Shown here: positions 1 to 10,873 of the stretch, in pieces
Layout: every line of letters begins with the position of its first letter
How positions within the stretch are numbered: position 1 is the stretch's first letter
Source of the DNA: Raphidiopsis brookii D9
GTDB lineage: Bacteria > Cyanobacteriota > Cyanobacteriia > Cyanobacteriales > Nostocaceae
Reading direction: 5' to 3'
Length of the DNA stretch: 32,000 bases
Assembly: GCA_000175855.1 (NCBI GenBank)
Contig: ACYB01000022.1
Span: forward strand, 1 to 32,000
Notes under the pieces: model-generated
Databases searched by the model: none
What the model was told of the DNA's origin: nothing
What the model saw: the letters and a program-made list of their open reading frames with translations, nothing else
Position numbers and translations under genes: made by a program

Positions 1-1627
<1,627 letters not shown>

Positions 1628-1655
1628 AGTCTTCTAGTTTTGTATTTCAAGTGTT

Positions 1656-1684
1656 AGCCCTTGTTGAAGAACAGGGGCTTTTAT
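1656..1684 (+). terminator. Rho-independent-type terminator downstream of psbC
   Basis: AGCCCTTGTT (1656-1665) - GAAG loop - AACAGGGGCT (1670-1679), 10-bp stem with one G-T pair, followed by a T-rich tail. Confidence 0.8.
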
Positions 1685-1693
1685 TATATATTG

Positions 1694-2875
1694 TTAACAA
1701 GTTACTACTGAGGCAAATCTTAAACCTTCCACAGTTTTCACAAAATGAGCTGCTACTTCATCTATCTCTTCCACCGTGTTAAATCTGCCTATACCAAACC
1801 GCACTGAAGCATGAGCTAGTTCTTCCGGGTGTCCTAAAGCGGTAAGAACATAGGAAGGTGCAATATTATGAGAGGAACAAGCAGAACCGGAAGAAACAGC
1901 TACTACTGGTTGCAGTCCTAATGATAGTGCTGCTCCGTCAATACCTTCCACACTAATATTCAAATTTCCTGCTAATCTTTTGCTAGGGTGTCCATTCAGG
2001 TGAATTCCCCCCACTTTAGATATCTGTTTCCACAGTCTTTCTCTGAGGGTTTCCAGGCGAAAATTCTCTGTTTCCTGTTCTTCCAAAGCAATTTCTATGG
2101 CCCCACCAAAACCTACTATTTGGGGTGTATATAGGGTTCCTGAACGCATCCCCCTTTCATGACCTCCACCATGCTGTTGTGGTGCTAGTTTTACCTTAGG
2201 ATTTTTTCTGCGAACATATAAAGCTCCAATTCCCTTGGGACCATAAACCTTATGAGCGGTTAAAGACATTAAATCAATATTTAATGCTTCCACATCTAAT
2301 GAAATTTTGCCAATAGCTTGTGCAGCATCGCTATGAAATATCACTCCCTGTTGGTGACAAATCCTCCCAATCTCACTTAATGGTTGTAAAACCCCAATTT
2401 CATTATTGGCAGCCATAACAGACACTAGTATAGTATCAGCACGTAAAGACTTTTCTAATTTTTCTAAATCAATTAGTCCATCTTTTTCTACGGGAAGAAT
2501 AGTCAGTTGAAAACCTATGGTTTTTAAATATTCACAAGTGTCTAATACTGCTTTATGCTCTGTGGCAACGGTAACTATATGTTGACCTTTAGAAAAGTAT
2601 GCTTCTGCTATACCCTTAATCGCTAAATTATTGGCTTCCGTTGCACCACTGGTGAAGACTATTTCTTCAGGAGTGCAGTTAATAGCAGTAGACAAAACTT
2701 CCCTGGTCCTTTTCACTGCTGCTTGACCTTCCCAACCGTAAACATGACTATTACTAGCGGGATTACCAAATTTTTCGGTAAAGTAGGGAATCATAGCATT
2801 TAATACCCTTTCATCTAGGGGAGTGGTAGCATGGGAATCCAGGTAAATGGGACGAATGGACATATTTTCTCTCAA
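1694..2875 (-). CDS. Cysteine desulfurase, NifS/IscS family (class V aminotransferase)
   Basis: IYLDSHATTPLDERVL N-terminus, SHKVYGPKGIGALY PLP-lysine region, SSGSACSSHN catalytic Cys loop. An internal ATG (MSIRPIYLDS) may be the true start. Confidence 0.93.
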   Translation of the reverse strand: MRENMSIRPIYLDSHATTPLDERVLNAMIPYFTEKFGNPASNSHVYGWEGQAAVKRTREVLSTAINCTPEEIVFTSGATEANNLAIKGIAEAYFSKGQHIVTVATEHKAVLDTCEYLKTIGFQLTILPVEKDGLIDLEKLEKSLRADTILVSVMAANNEIGVLQPLSEIGRICHQQGVIFHSDAAQAIGKISLDVEALNIDLMSLTAHKVYGPKGIGALYVRRKNPKVKLAPQQHGGGHERGMRSGTLYTPQIVGFGGAIEIALEEQETENFRLETLRERLWKQISKVGGIHLNGHPSKRLAGNLNISVEGIDGAALSLGLQPVVAVSSGSACSSHNIAPSYVLTALGHPEELAHASVRFGIGRFNTVEEIDEVAAHFVKTVEGLRFASVVTC

Positions 2876-2899
2876 CGGTTAATTAAGTCAAATCAGGTC

Positions 2900-3374
2900 T
2901 TAGTTTTTAAGTTCTTGCAATTTTTTCAATACTGCTTGGGCATGACCTTTGCTCTTAGCATTTGGCCAGGAGTAGGCAATGATTTTATCGGGTGCGATTA
3001 AGAAAGTGGAACGAGCAACTCCCATATATTCCTTACCCATGAATTTCTTCATTCTCCAAGCACCGTAGGTTTCTATTAACTGATGTTCAGGATCTGTTAA
3101 CAGGGTAATTGTCAGGTTATGCTTGGTGATGAATTTACAATGGGACTTACTAGAGTCTGGACTAACTCCCATAACTTTCCCATCCAAATCAATAAAATTG
3201 CGGTGCTAATTCGGTAAACTCCTTGGCTTCCGTGGTACATCCTGGGGTGTCATCTTTTGGGTAAAAATATAGAACCACCCACTGATTGATCTGGTATAAG
3301 CTAACTAGGTTCCCATCTTGGTCTAGCTTAGCAAAATCAGGTGCAGGTTTTCCGAGTTGAGGAATATCACTCAT
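2900..3374 (-). pseudogene. Bcp/PrxQ-type thiol peroxiredoxin, interrupted by an apparent 1-nt frameshift
   Basis: Two adjacent ORFs (3189-3374 and 2900-3187) together give a full peroxiredoxin: ...PKDDTPGCTTEAKEFTELAPQF | IDLDGKVMGVSPDSSKSHCKFITKHNLTITLLTDPEHQLIETYGAW...; break at TTTT (plus-strand AAAA 3194-3197). Confidence 0.85.
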
Positions 3375-3409
3375 GGTGGATAATTAAGCAAAATGAGTAG
3401 GCAAAAACT

Positions 3410-4198
3410 ATGTTACGGGACTTCGCTAATCGGGAAGAATTAGTAACTTATATACGGGAACAATTCCCTCAAGCTGCACAAACAGATGATTATATCAGTG
3501 GAATCCCTGGGGGTAGAAAAGCAGCAGAGGCACAACTAGAAAAGGTAAACACTGTATCGTACGCAAAAACACGCAACTACTTGACTGGAGCAGTAACTAG
3601 GTTATCACCCTATATTCGTCATGGCGTTTTGAGTTTGCGAGAAGTGAGGGAGTATATTCTTAACACAGTAGAAAATTCAGAAGATGGAAGCAAGTTAATT
3701 AATGAACTGGGATGGCGGGACTACTGGCAAAGATTATACATGAAGTTGGGCAAGGGTATTTGGGAAAATCAAGAAGAATACAAAACTGGTTATCACACAG
3801 AAGACTACTCCCATAACCTCCCAGAAGATATTCAGGAAAGTAAAACTGGACTGGTTTGCATTGATAGTTTTAGTCAAGAATTACGAGTGACAGGTTATCT
3901 CCACAATCATATCAGAATGTGGTTGGCAAGTTATATTATTCACTGGAGAAAAATTCAATGGCAAGCGGGAGCTAAATGGTTTTTGCAGCATTTGTTAGAT
4001 GGAGACCCAGCAAGTAATAATATGTCTTGGCAATGGGTGGCTAGTACTTTCAGTCACAAACCGTATTTCTTCAATCGAGAAAATCTAGAACGCTATACAA
4101 AAGGAGTATATTGTTCTCGATGTCCATTATATGGTAAGTGCGTGTTTGAAGGCACTTATGAAAATTTGCAATCGATCCTTTTTCCCCATTCCCCCTAA
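3410..4198 (+). CDS. Short cryptochrome/photolyase-family FAD-binding protein (C-terminal FAD domain only)
   Basis: 262 aa with photolyase FAD-domain motifs (YAKTRNYLTGAVTRLSPYIRHGVLSLREV; ELGWRDYWQRLY; VTGYLHNHIRMWLASYIIHWRKIQWQAGAKWFLQHLLDGDPASNNMSWQWVAST); no N-terminal alpha/beta antenna domain. Confidence 0.88.
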   Translation: MLRDFANREELVTYIREQFPQAAQTDDYISGIPGGRKAAEAQLEKVNTVSYAKTRNYLTGAVTRLSPYIRHGVLSLREVREYILNTVENSEDGSKLINELGWRDYWQRLYMKLGKGIWENQEEYKTGYHTEDYSHNLPEDIQESKTGLVCIDSFSQELRVTGYLHNHIRMWLASYIIHWRKIQWQAGAKWFLQHLLDGDPASNNMSWQWVASTFSHKPYFFNRENLERYTKGVYCSRCPLYGKCVFEGTYENLQSILFPHSP

Positions 4199-5019
4199 TC
4201 CAGGTTTAAAAACCTGTCCAGCGCTGCTACTAAACTTGGTGGCCATCTGCGGATATTTCTCACCCAGTTAATATCCTTATATCTGATGTCTAATCCGTAA
4301 GCTGCTACCCAGTTACTTTCTGCTTCCCCTTTTTTACCTCCTACCCAATAGGTAGCAGTCAAAGCAGCACGCATATCAGCAAATCGGGGATATTTACGCA
4401 CTATATTTCTCATTTCTCTTTCCGCTTGCTGTTTCTCACCAATTTCATACATGGCTAAAGCATAGTTCGCACGAGCAAAAGCAAAGTTAGGTGCTATTTG
4501 TGTGGCTTTTTGATAGTCGGCGATCGCCTCTTGCCATTTTCCTAGTCCTGTTTTAGCATTCCCTCGATTATTATATGCCATAGCATCTTGGGGGTCTAAT
4601 TCTAAAACATGATTATAATCAGCGATCGCCTCTTGCCATTTTCCCAATCCTTCTAAAGCTGTACCTCTATTTAGGTAAGGATCTGTCACATTGGGAGCTA
4701 ATTTAATGGCTTGATTATAATCGGTTAATGCTGCTTCCAGTTTATTTTGACTAACCCGGGAATTACCGCGATTACTCCATGCACCCGCATTGGTGGGGAA
4801 TCTCTCAATAATTTCAGTCCAGTATTTTTCAGCGGTGGCAAAATCACCTTTGTCAGTTGCAGCAAATGCTTGGGTTGCTAACTCATCTCCCAACTCTAAC
4901 TCTTGTGCTGTAATATGATTTGTTTCTGCCACTGCTGGTAAGCAATTACCTAGGGTTAGTAATAAGCTTACTAACAAAATTGTTAACAGACTCAAAATAG
5001 AATTCTTCTTCTTAGTCAT
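4195..5019 (-). CDS. Exported or membrane-anchored TPR-repeat protein
   Basis: Signal-like N-terminus (ILSLLTILLVSLLLTLGNCLPAVAETN) then TPR units (AWSNRGNSRVSQNKLEAALTDYNQAIKLAPN etc.). Tail-to-tail overlap of 4 nt with the photolyase-like gene. Confidence 0.85.
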   Translation of the reverse strand: MTKKKNSILSLLTILLVSLLLTLGNCLPAVAETNHITAQELELGDELATQAFAATDKGDFATAEKYWTEIIERFPTNAGAWSNRGNSRVSQNKLEAALTDYNQAIKLAPNVTDPYLNRGTALEGLGKWQEAIADYNHVLELDPQDAMAYNNRGNAKTGLGKWQEAIADYQKATQIAPNFAFARANYALAMYEIGEKQQAEREMRNIVRKYPRFADMRAALTATYWVGGKKGEAESNWVAAYGLDIRYKDINWVRNIRRWPPSLVAALDRFLNLD

Positions 5020-5107
5020 TTAATTTTCTGTCATATACAACACTGCCAATAAATCAATAATATGTTGACTGGGATCTACCTGGAACCGGAGAAATTGGAT
5101 CCACTAA

Positions 5108-6094
5108 CTATAACAATGATAACTGTTCACTATTCAGTTGAAAACCAAGATGTTGATATGCAGCACTTGTAACCACCCTCCCCCGTGGTGTGCGACTTAA
5201 ATACCCTATTTGCATTAAATATGGTTCATAAACCTCTTCTATAGTTTGTGTATCTTCCCCCGTAGCAGCGGCCAAGGTTTCTAAACCCACCGGACCACCA
5301 TGGAAATTTTCAATAATTACAGTGAGCATTTTTCTATCGGTCCAGTCCAAACCACAGGGATCTACTTGAAATAGGGTTAATGCTTCTGCAGCAGTAGGTT
5401 GATCAATTTGAGGACGGGATTTGACTATAGCATAATCACGGACTCGCTTGAGTAATCTATTGGCTATTCTTGGTGTACCCCGGGAGCGTTTAGCAATCTC
5501 CCTGGCTCCTTCCAAATTCACTATAGTTTGCAAAACCTCTGCACTACGTAAAACAATTTGACTCAATTCTTCTACCTGATAAAAACGTAGTTTTTGCACC
5601 AGTCCAAACCGATCGCGCAGGGGAGAAGTTAAAGCTCCCACGCGAGTTGTGGCTCCTACTAGGGTAAATTTTGATAGAGGTATGGTTCGTACTTTAGCTC
5701 CGGATCCTTTACCAATGGTCACGTCTAAACGATAATCCTCCATGGCCGGGTACAAAATTTCTTCAGTCATGCGAGAAAGTCTATGTATTTCGTCAATAAA
5801 TAACACGTCCCCTGGTTTCAGGTTCACCAATAACCCCACTATATCTCTAGGACGTTCTAAAGCTGGAGCACTAGTAATTTTATAGTTTACCCCCATCTCT
5901 GAAGCTAAAATCATAGCCATAGTGGTCTTACCTAAACCTGCAGGACCGTATAATAGTAAGTGATCCATCACATCACCCCTAGATTTAGCCGCTTTAATGG
6001 CAATATCTAGTACATCTTTTAAGTCCTGCTGTCCAATGTAATCTGCAAAACGTCGGGGACGAATACTATCTTCCTGTTTATCATCTTCACCCAC
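5108..6094 (-). CDS. ruvB: Holliday junction branch migration helicase RuvB (N-terminal extension probably frameshifted)
   Basis: [49 protein letters not shown]... [27 protein letters not shown]..., full-length RuvB core; GTG start used at 6094. Confidence 0.95.
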   Translation of the reverse strand: MGEDDKQEDSIRPRRFADYIGQQDLKDVLDIAIKAAKSRGDVMDHLLLYGPAGLGKTTMAMILASEMGVNYKITSAPALERPRDIVGLLVNLKPGDVLFIDEIHRLSRMTEEILYPAMEDYRLDVTIGKGSGAKVRTIPLSKFTLVGATTRVGALTSPLRDRFGLVQKLRFYQVEELSQIVLRSAEVLQTIVNLEGAREIAKRSRGTPRIANRLLKRVRDYAIVKSRPQIDQPTAAEALTLFQVDPCGLDWTDRKMLTVIIENFHGGPVGLETLAAATGEDTQTIEEVYEPYLMQIGYLSRTPRGRVVTSAAYQHLGFQLNSEQLSLL

Positions 6095-6444
6095 AGTTGC
6101 TTCCTGTTGCAGGATCTTTTCCTGGGCGGAAACTTTTCTACCGTGGGTTTCCTTACTGCTCGGTGCTTTTTCGGATTTCCACCAGATTCGGAGGGATCTT
6201 TTTTTGACGAGATTATGGCCATAATTAGGCTGTTTTAAGCTAGGGACTGGAATCTGGAAATTGGTCTTTCCTAAAGATTGCTTTTACTTCTATAATAACT
6301 CAGGAGAATTGGTTTTTTACGCGAACTAGCACTACCAATTGGCATTCACCGAAAAAATGGATACAGTGGAATGTCCAGTTTCTAACCCAACAACAATTTT
6401 GCCGACGACCAGGCCAACAGTTATCAAAAGACAGAGAAATTACT

Positions 6445-7218
6445 ATGCTATCTAAAAGAATTTTACCTTGTTTAGATGTCAAGGCTGGACGAGTTGTGAA
6501 AGGTGTCAATTTTGTTGACTTGAAGGATGCTGGAGATCCAGTAGAGCTGGCTAGGGTTTACGATGAAGCTGGTGCTGATGAGTTAGTATTTTTAGATATT
6601 ACAGCTACTCACGAAGACCGTGATACTATTATCGATGTAGTTTACCGAACTGCTGATCAGGTTTTTATTCCCTTGACTGTGGGAGGAGGTGTTCAAACAT
6701 TAGAAAATGTTAAAGATTTGTTACGAGCGGGAGCTGATAAAGTTAGCATTAATTCAGCAGCTGTCCGCAATCCACACTTGATTAATGAAGCAAGCGATCG
6801 CTTTGGAAATCAGTGTATTGTAGTAGCTATTGATGCGCGGAGGAGAGTTGAACCTGACTCTGTGGGTTGGGATGTGTATGTACGAGGTGGTAGGGAAAAT
6901 ACGGGCATAGATGCTTTATCCTGGGCACAGGAGGTTGAAAAAAGAGGGGCTGGTGAATTGTTAGTAACCAGTATGGATGCGGATGGTACTCAAGCTGGCT
7001 ATGATCTGGAATTGACCAGAGCGATCGCCCAAGCTGTGGAAATTCCCGTCATTGCTTCTGGTGGAGCTGGCAATTGTCAGCATATTCACCAAGCTCTAAC
7101 TCTAGGACAAGCAGAAGCTGCTTTATTAGCATCCATACTTCATTATGGACATTTAAGCATTGCCCAAATTAAAAATTATTTGCAAGAACAATCTGTTCCC
7201 ATCCGCTTACCCTGCTAA
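6445..7218 (+). CDS. hisF: Imidazole glycerol phosphate synthase subunit HisF
   Basis: [54 protein letters not shown]..., 257 aa. Confidence 0.97.
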   Translation: MLSKRILPCLDVKAGRVVKGVNFVDLKDAGDPVELARVYDEAGADELVFLDITATHEDRDTIIDVVYRTADQVFIPLTVGGGVQTLENVKDLLRAGADKVSINSAAVRNPHLINEASDRFGNQCIVVAIDARRRVEPDSVGWDVYVRGGRENTGIDALSWAQEVEKRGAGELLVTSMDADGTQAGYDLELTRAIAQAVEIPVIASGGAGNCQHIHQALTLGQAEAALLASILHYGHLSIAQIKNYLQEQSVPIRLPC

Positions 7219-7314
7219 TCCCACTCGACCAGGTATATCTCTGACCAAAGTCAGACACAGTTCTCAAAAACAGTGTTAATATTAGTTGACTAGTATTAAG
7301 AAATATTAAGAATT

Positions 7315-7506
7315 ATGTTGATTCCTATTCTAATTTTTGATGTAGCACTGGTAGCTTGGTCACTCCACCTAATGGAGAAGGCCATAGAGAACAAGGAATT
7401 TTCCCTGATGTTAGCGGGTACATTGGTTGCTGTAGCAGCAGCAGCCATGTTAGTGGTATATTTCCTCATGGGGAACTGTATGGCCTACCTGTTAAAAATC
7501 GGTTGA
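7315..7506 (+). CDS. Small hydrophobic (predicted two-helix) membrane protein
   Basis: 63 aa (MLIPILIFDVALVAWSLHLMEKAIENKEFSLMLAGTLVAVAAAAMLVVYFLMGNCMAYLLKIG); clear hydrophobic segments; no family recognised. Confidence 0.6.
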   Translation: MLIPILIFDVALVAWSLHLMEKAIENKEFSLMLAGTLVAVAAAAMLVVYFLMGNCMAYLLKIG

Positions 7507-7533
7507 TAGAGGTGCTAGCAACCGAAGGAGGGG

Positions 7534-7908
7534 TTAAATCGGTCCAGGAGCTAATCCATGTAACTGACGCACAGCTCTAATACAAACGGGACAATCACAG
7601 CCAAACAGCTGAATAGCTTCATCACTTTCTGCATCAGTCAAAACAAACTCATCTGTTTCTGATTGATCAGGTTGTGAACTTGCTATTACTATTGATTCAG
7701 ACTTTGGAGGAGATGTGCTGTCTGGGATCTGTATACATATTTGTTTGCCAGTAGTGGGTGAATGAGGCGATCGCACGCAGGAGAGACGATTGTTACCGGA
7801 GGTGATAGTAGGACTAGCATGAACTGGTTGAGCGATCATCACCGTAGTGATAACAGATGTAAACAAGACTGGGCTAGACAGCAAAGTCAACAGGAATTTT
7901 CTGTTCAT
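7534..7908 (-). CDS. Small putative secreted protein with C-terminal CxCxxC cluster
   Basis: Signal peptide-like N-terminus MNRKFLLTLLSSPVLFTSVITTVMIAQPVHASP; C-terminal FGCDCPVCIRAVRQLHG. Confidence 0.55.
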   Translation of the reverse strand: MNRKFLLTLLSSPVLFTSVITTVMIAQPVHASPTITSGNNRLSCVRSPHSPTTGKQICIQIPDSTSPPKSESIVIASSQPDQSETDEFVLTDAESDEAIQLFGCDCPVCIRAVRQLHGLAPGPI

Positions 7909-7984
7909 GAAGTTGAAAGAAAGTGAATGGGATAAAATATTATATTAGACTAGGAGTAAGGAACCGGAAACAAAAAAAGCTGAT

Positions 7985-8407
7985 ATGTTGTATGAAACGG
8001 ACTTTTATACATGGACTCAGGAACAGTGCCAAGCTCTATTAAACCGCCAAATCAATAGTTTAGATTGGCAACATCTAGCAGAGGAGATTGGCGATTTGGG
8101 AAACCGCCATTATGATCAACTAAGTTCCCGGTTGAGCATTCTGATTGGTCATTTGCTGAAATGGAAATATCAACCCGCGAATAGGAGTAACAGCTGGAAA
8201 GCCACTATTCGGGAACAGAGACGGAAAATCGATCGTTTACTGGAGCGAAATCCCGGGTTGAAAAATAAATGGAATGAAGCTCTGGAAGAAGCTTGGTTGG
8301 ATGGTAAAGACCTAGCCATTAGAGAAACAGGACTAGACGACCAAGACTTTCCCGAGGAGTGTCCCTTTAGCAGTTTCCAAATCCAAGATTCCAATTATTT
8401 CGGATAA
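7985..8407 (+). CDS. DUF29 family protein
   Basis: YETDFYTWTQEQCQALLNRQINSLDWQHLAEEIGDLGNRHYDQLSSRLSILIGHLLKWKYQP..., typical DUF29 layout. Confidence 0.85.
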   Translation: MLYETDFYTWTQEQCQALLNRQINSLDWQHLAEEIGDLGNRHYDQLSSRLSILIGHLLKWKYQPANRSNSWKATIREQRRKIDRLLERNPGLKNKWNEALEEAWLDGKDLAIRETGLDDQDFPEECPFSSFQIQDSNYFG

Positions 8408-8461
8408 TTGTAGAATGTGGAATGAGCAGAAACCAATTTTGGGAGACAAAATCAAAAAAAT

Positions 8462-9301
8462 ATGACCAATAATCAGTCAACCATCCCAGTTATCGTCAAT
8501 GGTGCTGGAGGAAAAATGGGTAGGGAAGTGATCAAAGCCATATCCCAAGCAACAGATATGACCCTGATGGGTGCCATTGATACCTCCCCAGAACACCAAG
8601 GAAAAGATGCTGGAGAATTAGCAGGTCTAAACATAGCCCTAGAAGTTCCCATCACCAATCAATTAGATCCCATATTGGGCTATGTTGCAGGAGAAAGACA
8701 ACTACAACCAGCAGTAATGGTTGATTTTACCCATCCTGATGCGGTTTATGATAACGTTCGCAGTGCGATCGCCTATGGGATTCGTCCCGTGGTGGGAACC
8801 ACTGGTTTGAGTCCCCAACAACTGGAAAATTTAGCTGACTTTGCTGAAAAAGCTAGTACAGGTTGTCTAATAATCCCTAACTTTTCTATCGGTATCGTAC
8901 TGCTACAACAAGCAGCAATTACCGCCTCCCAATACTTTGACCATGTGGAAATTATTGAACTTCACCACAATCAAAAAGCTGATGCACCCAGCGGTACAGC
9001 GATTCAAACTGCCCAGTTATTAGCAGATATGGGTAAACCTTCAACCCACCCCCAGGTAACAGAAACGGAAAAAATTGCCGGTGCGAGGGGTTGTTTAGCG
9101 GATGAAGGAATAAGGATTCACAGCGTGCGTTTACCTGGACTTATTGCCCATCAGGAAGTAATTTTTGGTGCAGCTGGTCAAATTTACACCCTGCGTCATG
9201 ATACCAGTGATCGCTCTTGTTATATGCCAGGAGTTTTATTAGCTATTCGTAAGATTAATCAGTTAAAATCATTGGTATATGGATTAGAAAAAATCCTGTG
9301 A
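8462..9301 (+). CDS. dapB: 4-hydroxy-tetrahydrodipicolinate reductase
   Basis: [20 protein letters not shown]...; [22 protein letters not shown] motif. Confidence 0.96.
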   Translation: MTNNQSTIPVIVNGAGGKMGREVIKAISQATDMTLMGAIDTSPEHQGKDAGELAGLNIALEVPITNQLDPILGYVAGERQLQPAVMVDFTHPDAVYDNVRSAIAYGIRPVVGTTGLSPQQLENLADFAEKASTGCLIIPNFSIGIVLLQQAAITASQYFDHVEIIELHHNQKADAPSGTAIQTAQLLADMGKPSTHPQVTETEKIAGARGCLADEGIRIHSVRLPGLIAHQEVIFGAAGQIYTLRHDTSDRSCYMPGVLLAIRKINQLKSLVYGLEKIL

Positions 9302-9342
9302 TTGCGGATGGGGAGTTAAGGTTTAGGGAGCAATATTAGATT

Positions 9343-10020
9343 ATGATTATTCCACTGACTCGGCAAAAACTAGAACAGATTATTCCTTTGATTGGTAGTG
9401 GAGACCAGTATAAATACTACTGGGGAAAATTCAATAATTTTCTCCAAAGACTGTTAATTTCTGTGGTGACAGTGGTGGTGATTTTGCTGATTAAAAACCT
9501 CTTACAATTGGACTTTGGTTTGGTATTTGTTTTTGGTGTTTTCGGTGGTTTTTTTTGGTTATGGTATCCCGTTTATCAAGCGAGTATTCGTAATTTTAAA
9601 TATCGTAGTTATAAATATGGTGGTTTTTTTCGAGGAAGGATTGTAGATTGGTGGATTACAGAAAAAGTGCTTGGTAAACAGGAGACAGTTAATAATCGCG
9701 GAGAATTGGTCATTATCGAAAATCGGGAAAAGCGGATCAATTTAGAAGTTGGCGATAATACAGGATTCAGTATTGAATTTGATGCTCCCCTACGTTCCAC
9801 ACATAAGGCGATCGCTCGTGGTCAGGTGGCGGAAATGTTAGTGATGTCTAACAGCGCTGATTTAAGCATAATTGAAGAATTTAGTAATATTTACATACCT
9901 GGTTCTAATTTGTGGGTAAGTGACTATCCTTATGTGCGGGAGGACTTATTTAGTGAGGTTAGTCGTCGCATTAGAAGCTCCCCACGTGGTCGCTCCCAAA
10001 CACCAAAATCTCGACCATAG
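9343..10020 (+). CDS. Conserved hypothetical membrane-anchored protein
   Basis: 225 aa, two hydrophobic helices (LLISVVTVVVILLIKNLL; FGLVFVFGVFGGFFWLWYPVY) followed by a soluble domain. Confidence 0.7.
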   Translation: MIIPLTRQKLEQIIPLIGSGDQYKYYWGKFNNFLQRLLISVVTVVVILLIKNLLQLDFGLVFVFGVFGGFFWLWYPVYQASIRNFKYRSYKYGGFFRGRIVDWWITEKVLGKQETVNNRGELVIIENREKRINLEVGDNTGFSIEFDAPLRSTHKAIARGQVAEMLVMSNSADLSIIEEFSNIYIPGSNLWVSDYPYVREDLFSEVSRRIRSSPRGRSQTPKSRP

Positions 10021-10059
10021 AATGGTTTTTAAAAACAAAAGTTGAGAAGATTCGATAAA

Positions 10060-10836
10060 TCAACCGCTGACCAAATGATGTAGTTCTTGGGGTGTGAGGT
10101 GGGAGTGAACCACTTCACCATCCCGAAACCAAACAATACGTCTAGTTTGACTGGCTACTTCCGTTTCGTGAGTTACCATAATTACAGTGATTCCCGTACT
10201 ATTTAACTCACTGAAAATATCTAATACCTCTTGGGTAGTGCGAGAATCTAAAGCACCAGTTGGTTCATCTGCTAAAAGTACCACTGGAGCATTGACAATT
10301 GCACGAGCGATCGCCACTCGTTGTTGTTGTCCTCCCGATAGTTGATTAGGTTTATTGTGTAGGCGTTTTTCTAAACCCACTCTAATTAAAGCTTCTACAG
10401 CTCTGGCTTTTCTTTCTGCAGGTTTAACACCAGCATAAACCATGGGTAGCATGACGTTTTCTAGAGCTGTCAATTGGGTTAATAAATGAAATTGCTGAAA
10501 AACAAACCCCAATTTTAGATTGCGAATTTGTGCCAACTGTTGATCATTCATATCAGCAACATTCACATTATCTAAATAATAATTACCACCGCTGGGATGG
10601 TCTAAACAACCAATAATATTCATGGCGGTAGATTTACCAGAACCAGAAGGCCCCATGATGGCACAATATTCTCCTTGATTAATTACTAGGTTAATATTAT
10701 TCAGGGCCCGCACTTCTGTTTCCCCAGTTCCATAGACTTTAAATATGTTTTCCAAGCGGATAATCGCTGGTTGAGAGCCAGAATTACCATCTAGAGATTC
10801 ATTCACCAAGTCACTAATCATCAAGGTTGTAGACAT
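10060..10836 (-). CDS. ABC transporter ATP-binding protein, MacB/LolD/DevA type
   Basis: [20 protein letters not shown] Walker [16 protein letters not shown] signature, [16 protein letters not shown] Walker B. Confidence 0.93.
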   Translation of the reverse strand: MSTTLMISDLVNESLDGNSGSQPAIIRLENIFKVYGTGETEVRALNNINLVINQGEYCAIMGPSGSGKSTAMNIIGCLDHPSGGNYYLDNVNVADMNDQQLAQIRNLKLGFVFQQFHLLTQLTALENVMLPMVYAGVKPAERKARAVEALIRVGLEKRLHNKPNQLSGGQQQRVAIARAIVNAPVVLLADEPTGALDSRTTQEVLDIFSELNSTGITVIMVTHETEVASQTRRIVWFRDGEVVHSHLTPQELHHLVSG

Positions 10837-10873
10837 AAAAGTTTATCCTATTAATTAATTATTTATTCTCTTT

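Noticed and set aside
6300-6509. 69-aa ORF across the ruvB-hisF intergenic region
   Set aside because: Overlaps the hisF start, has no recognisable domain and poor protein-like composition. The intergenic region shows no clear RNA structure by eye.
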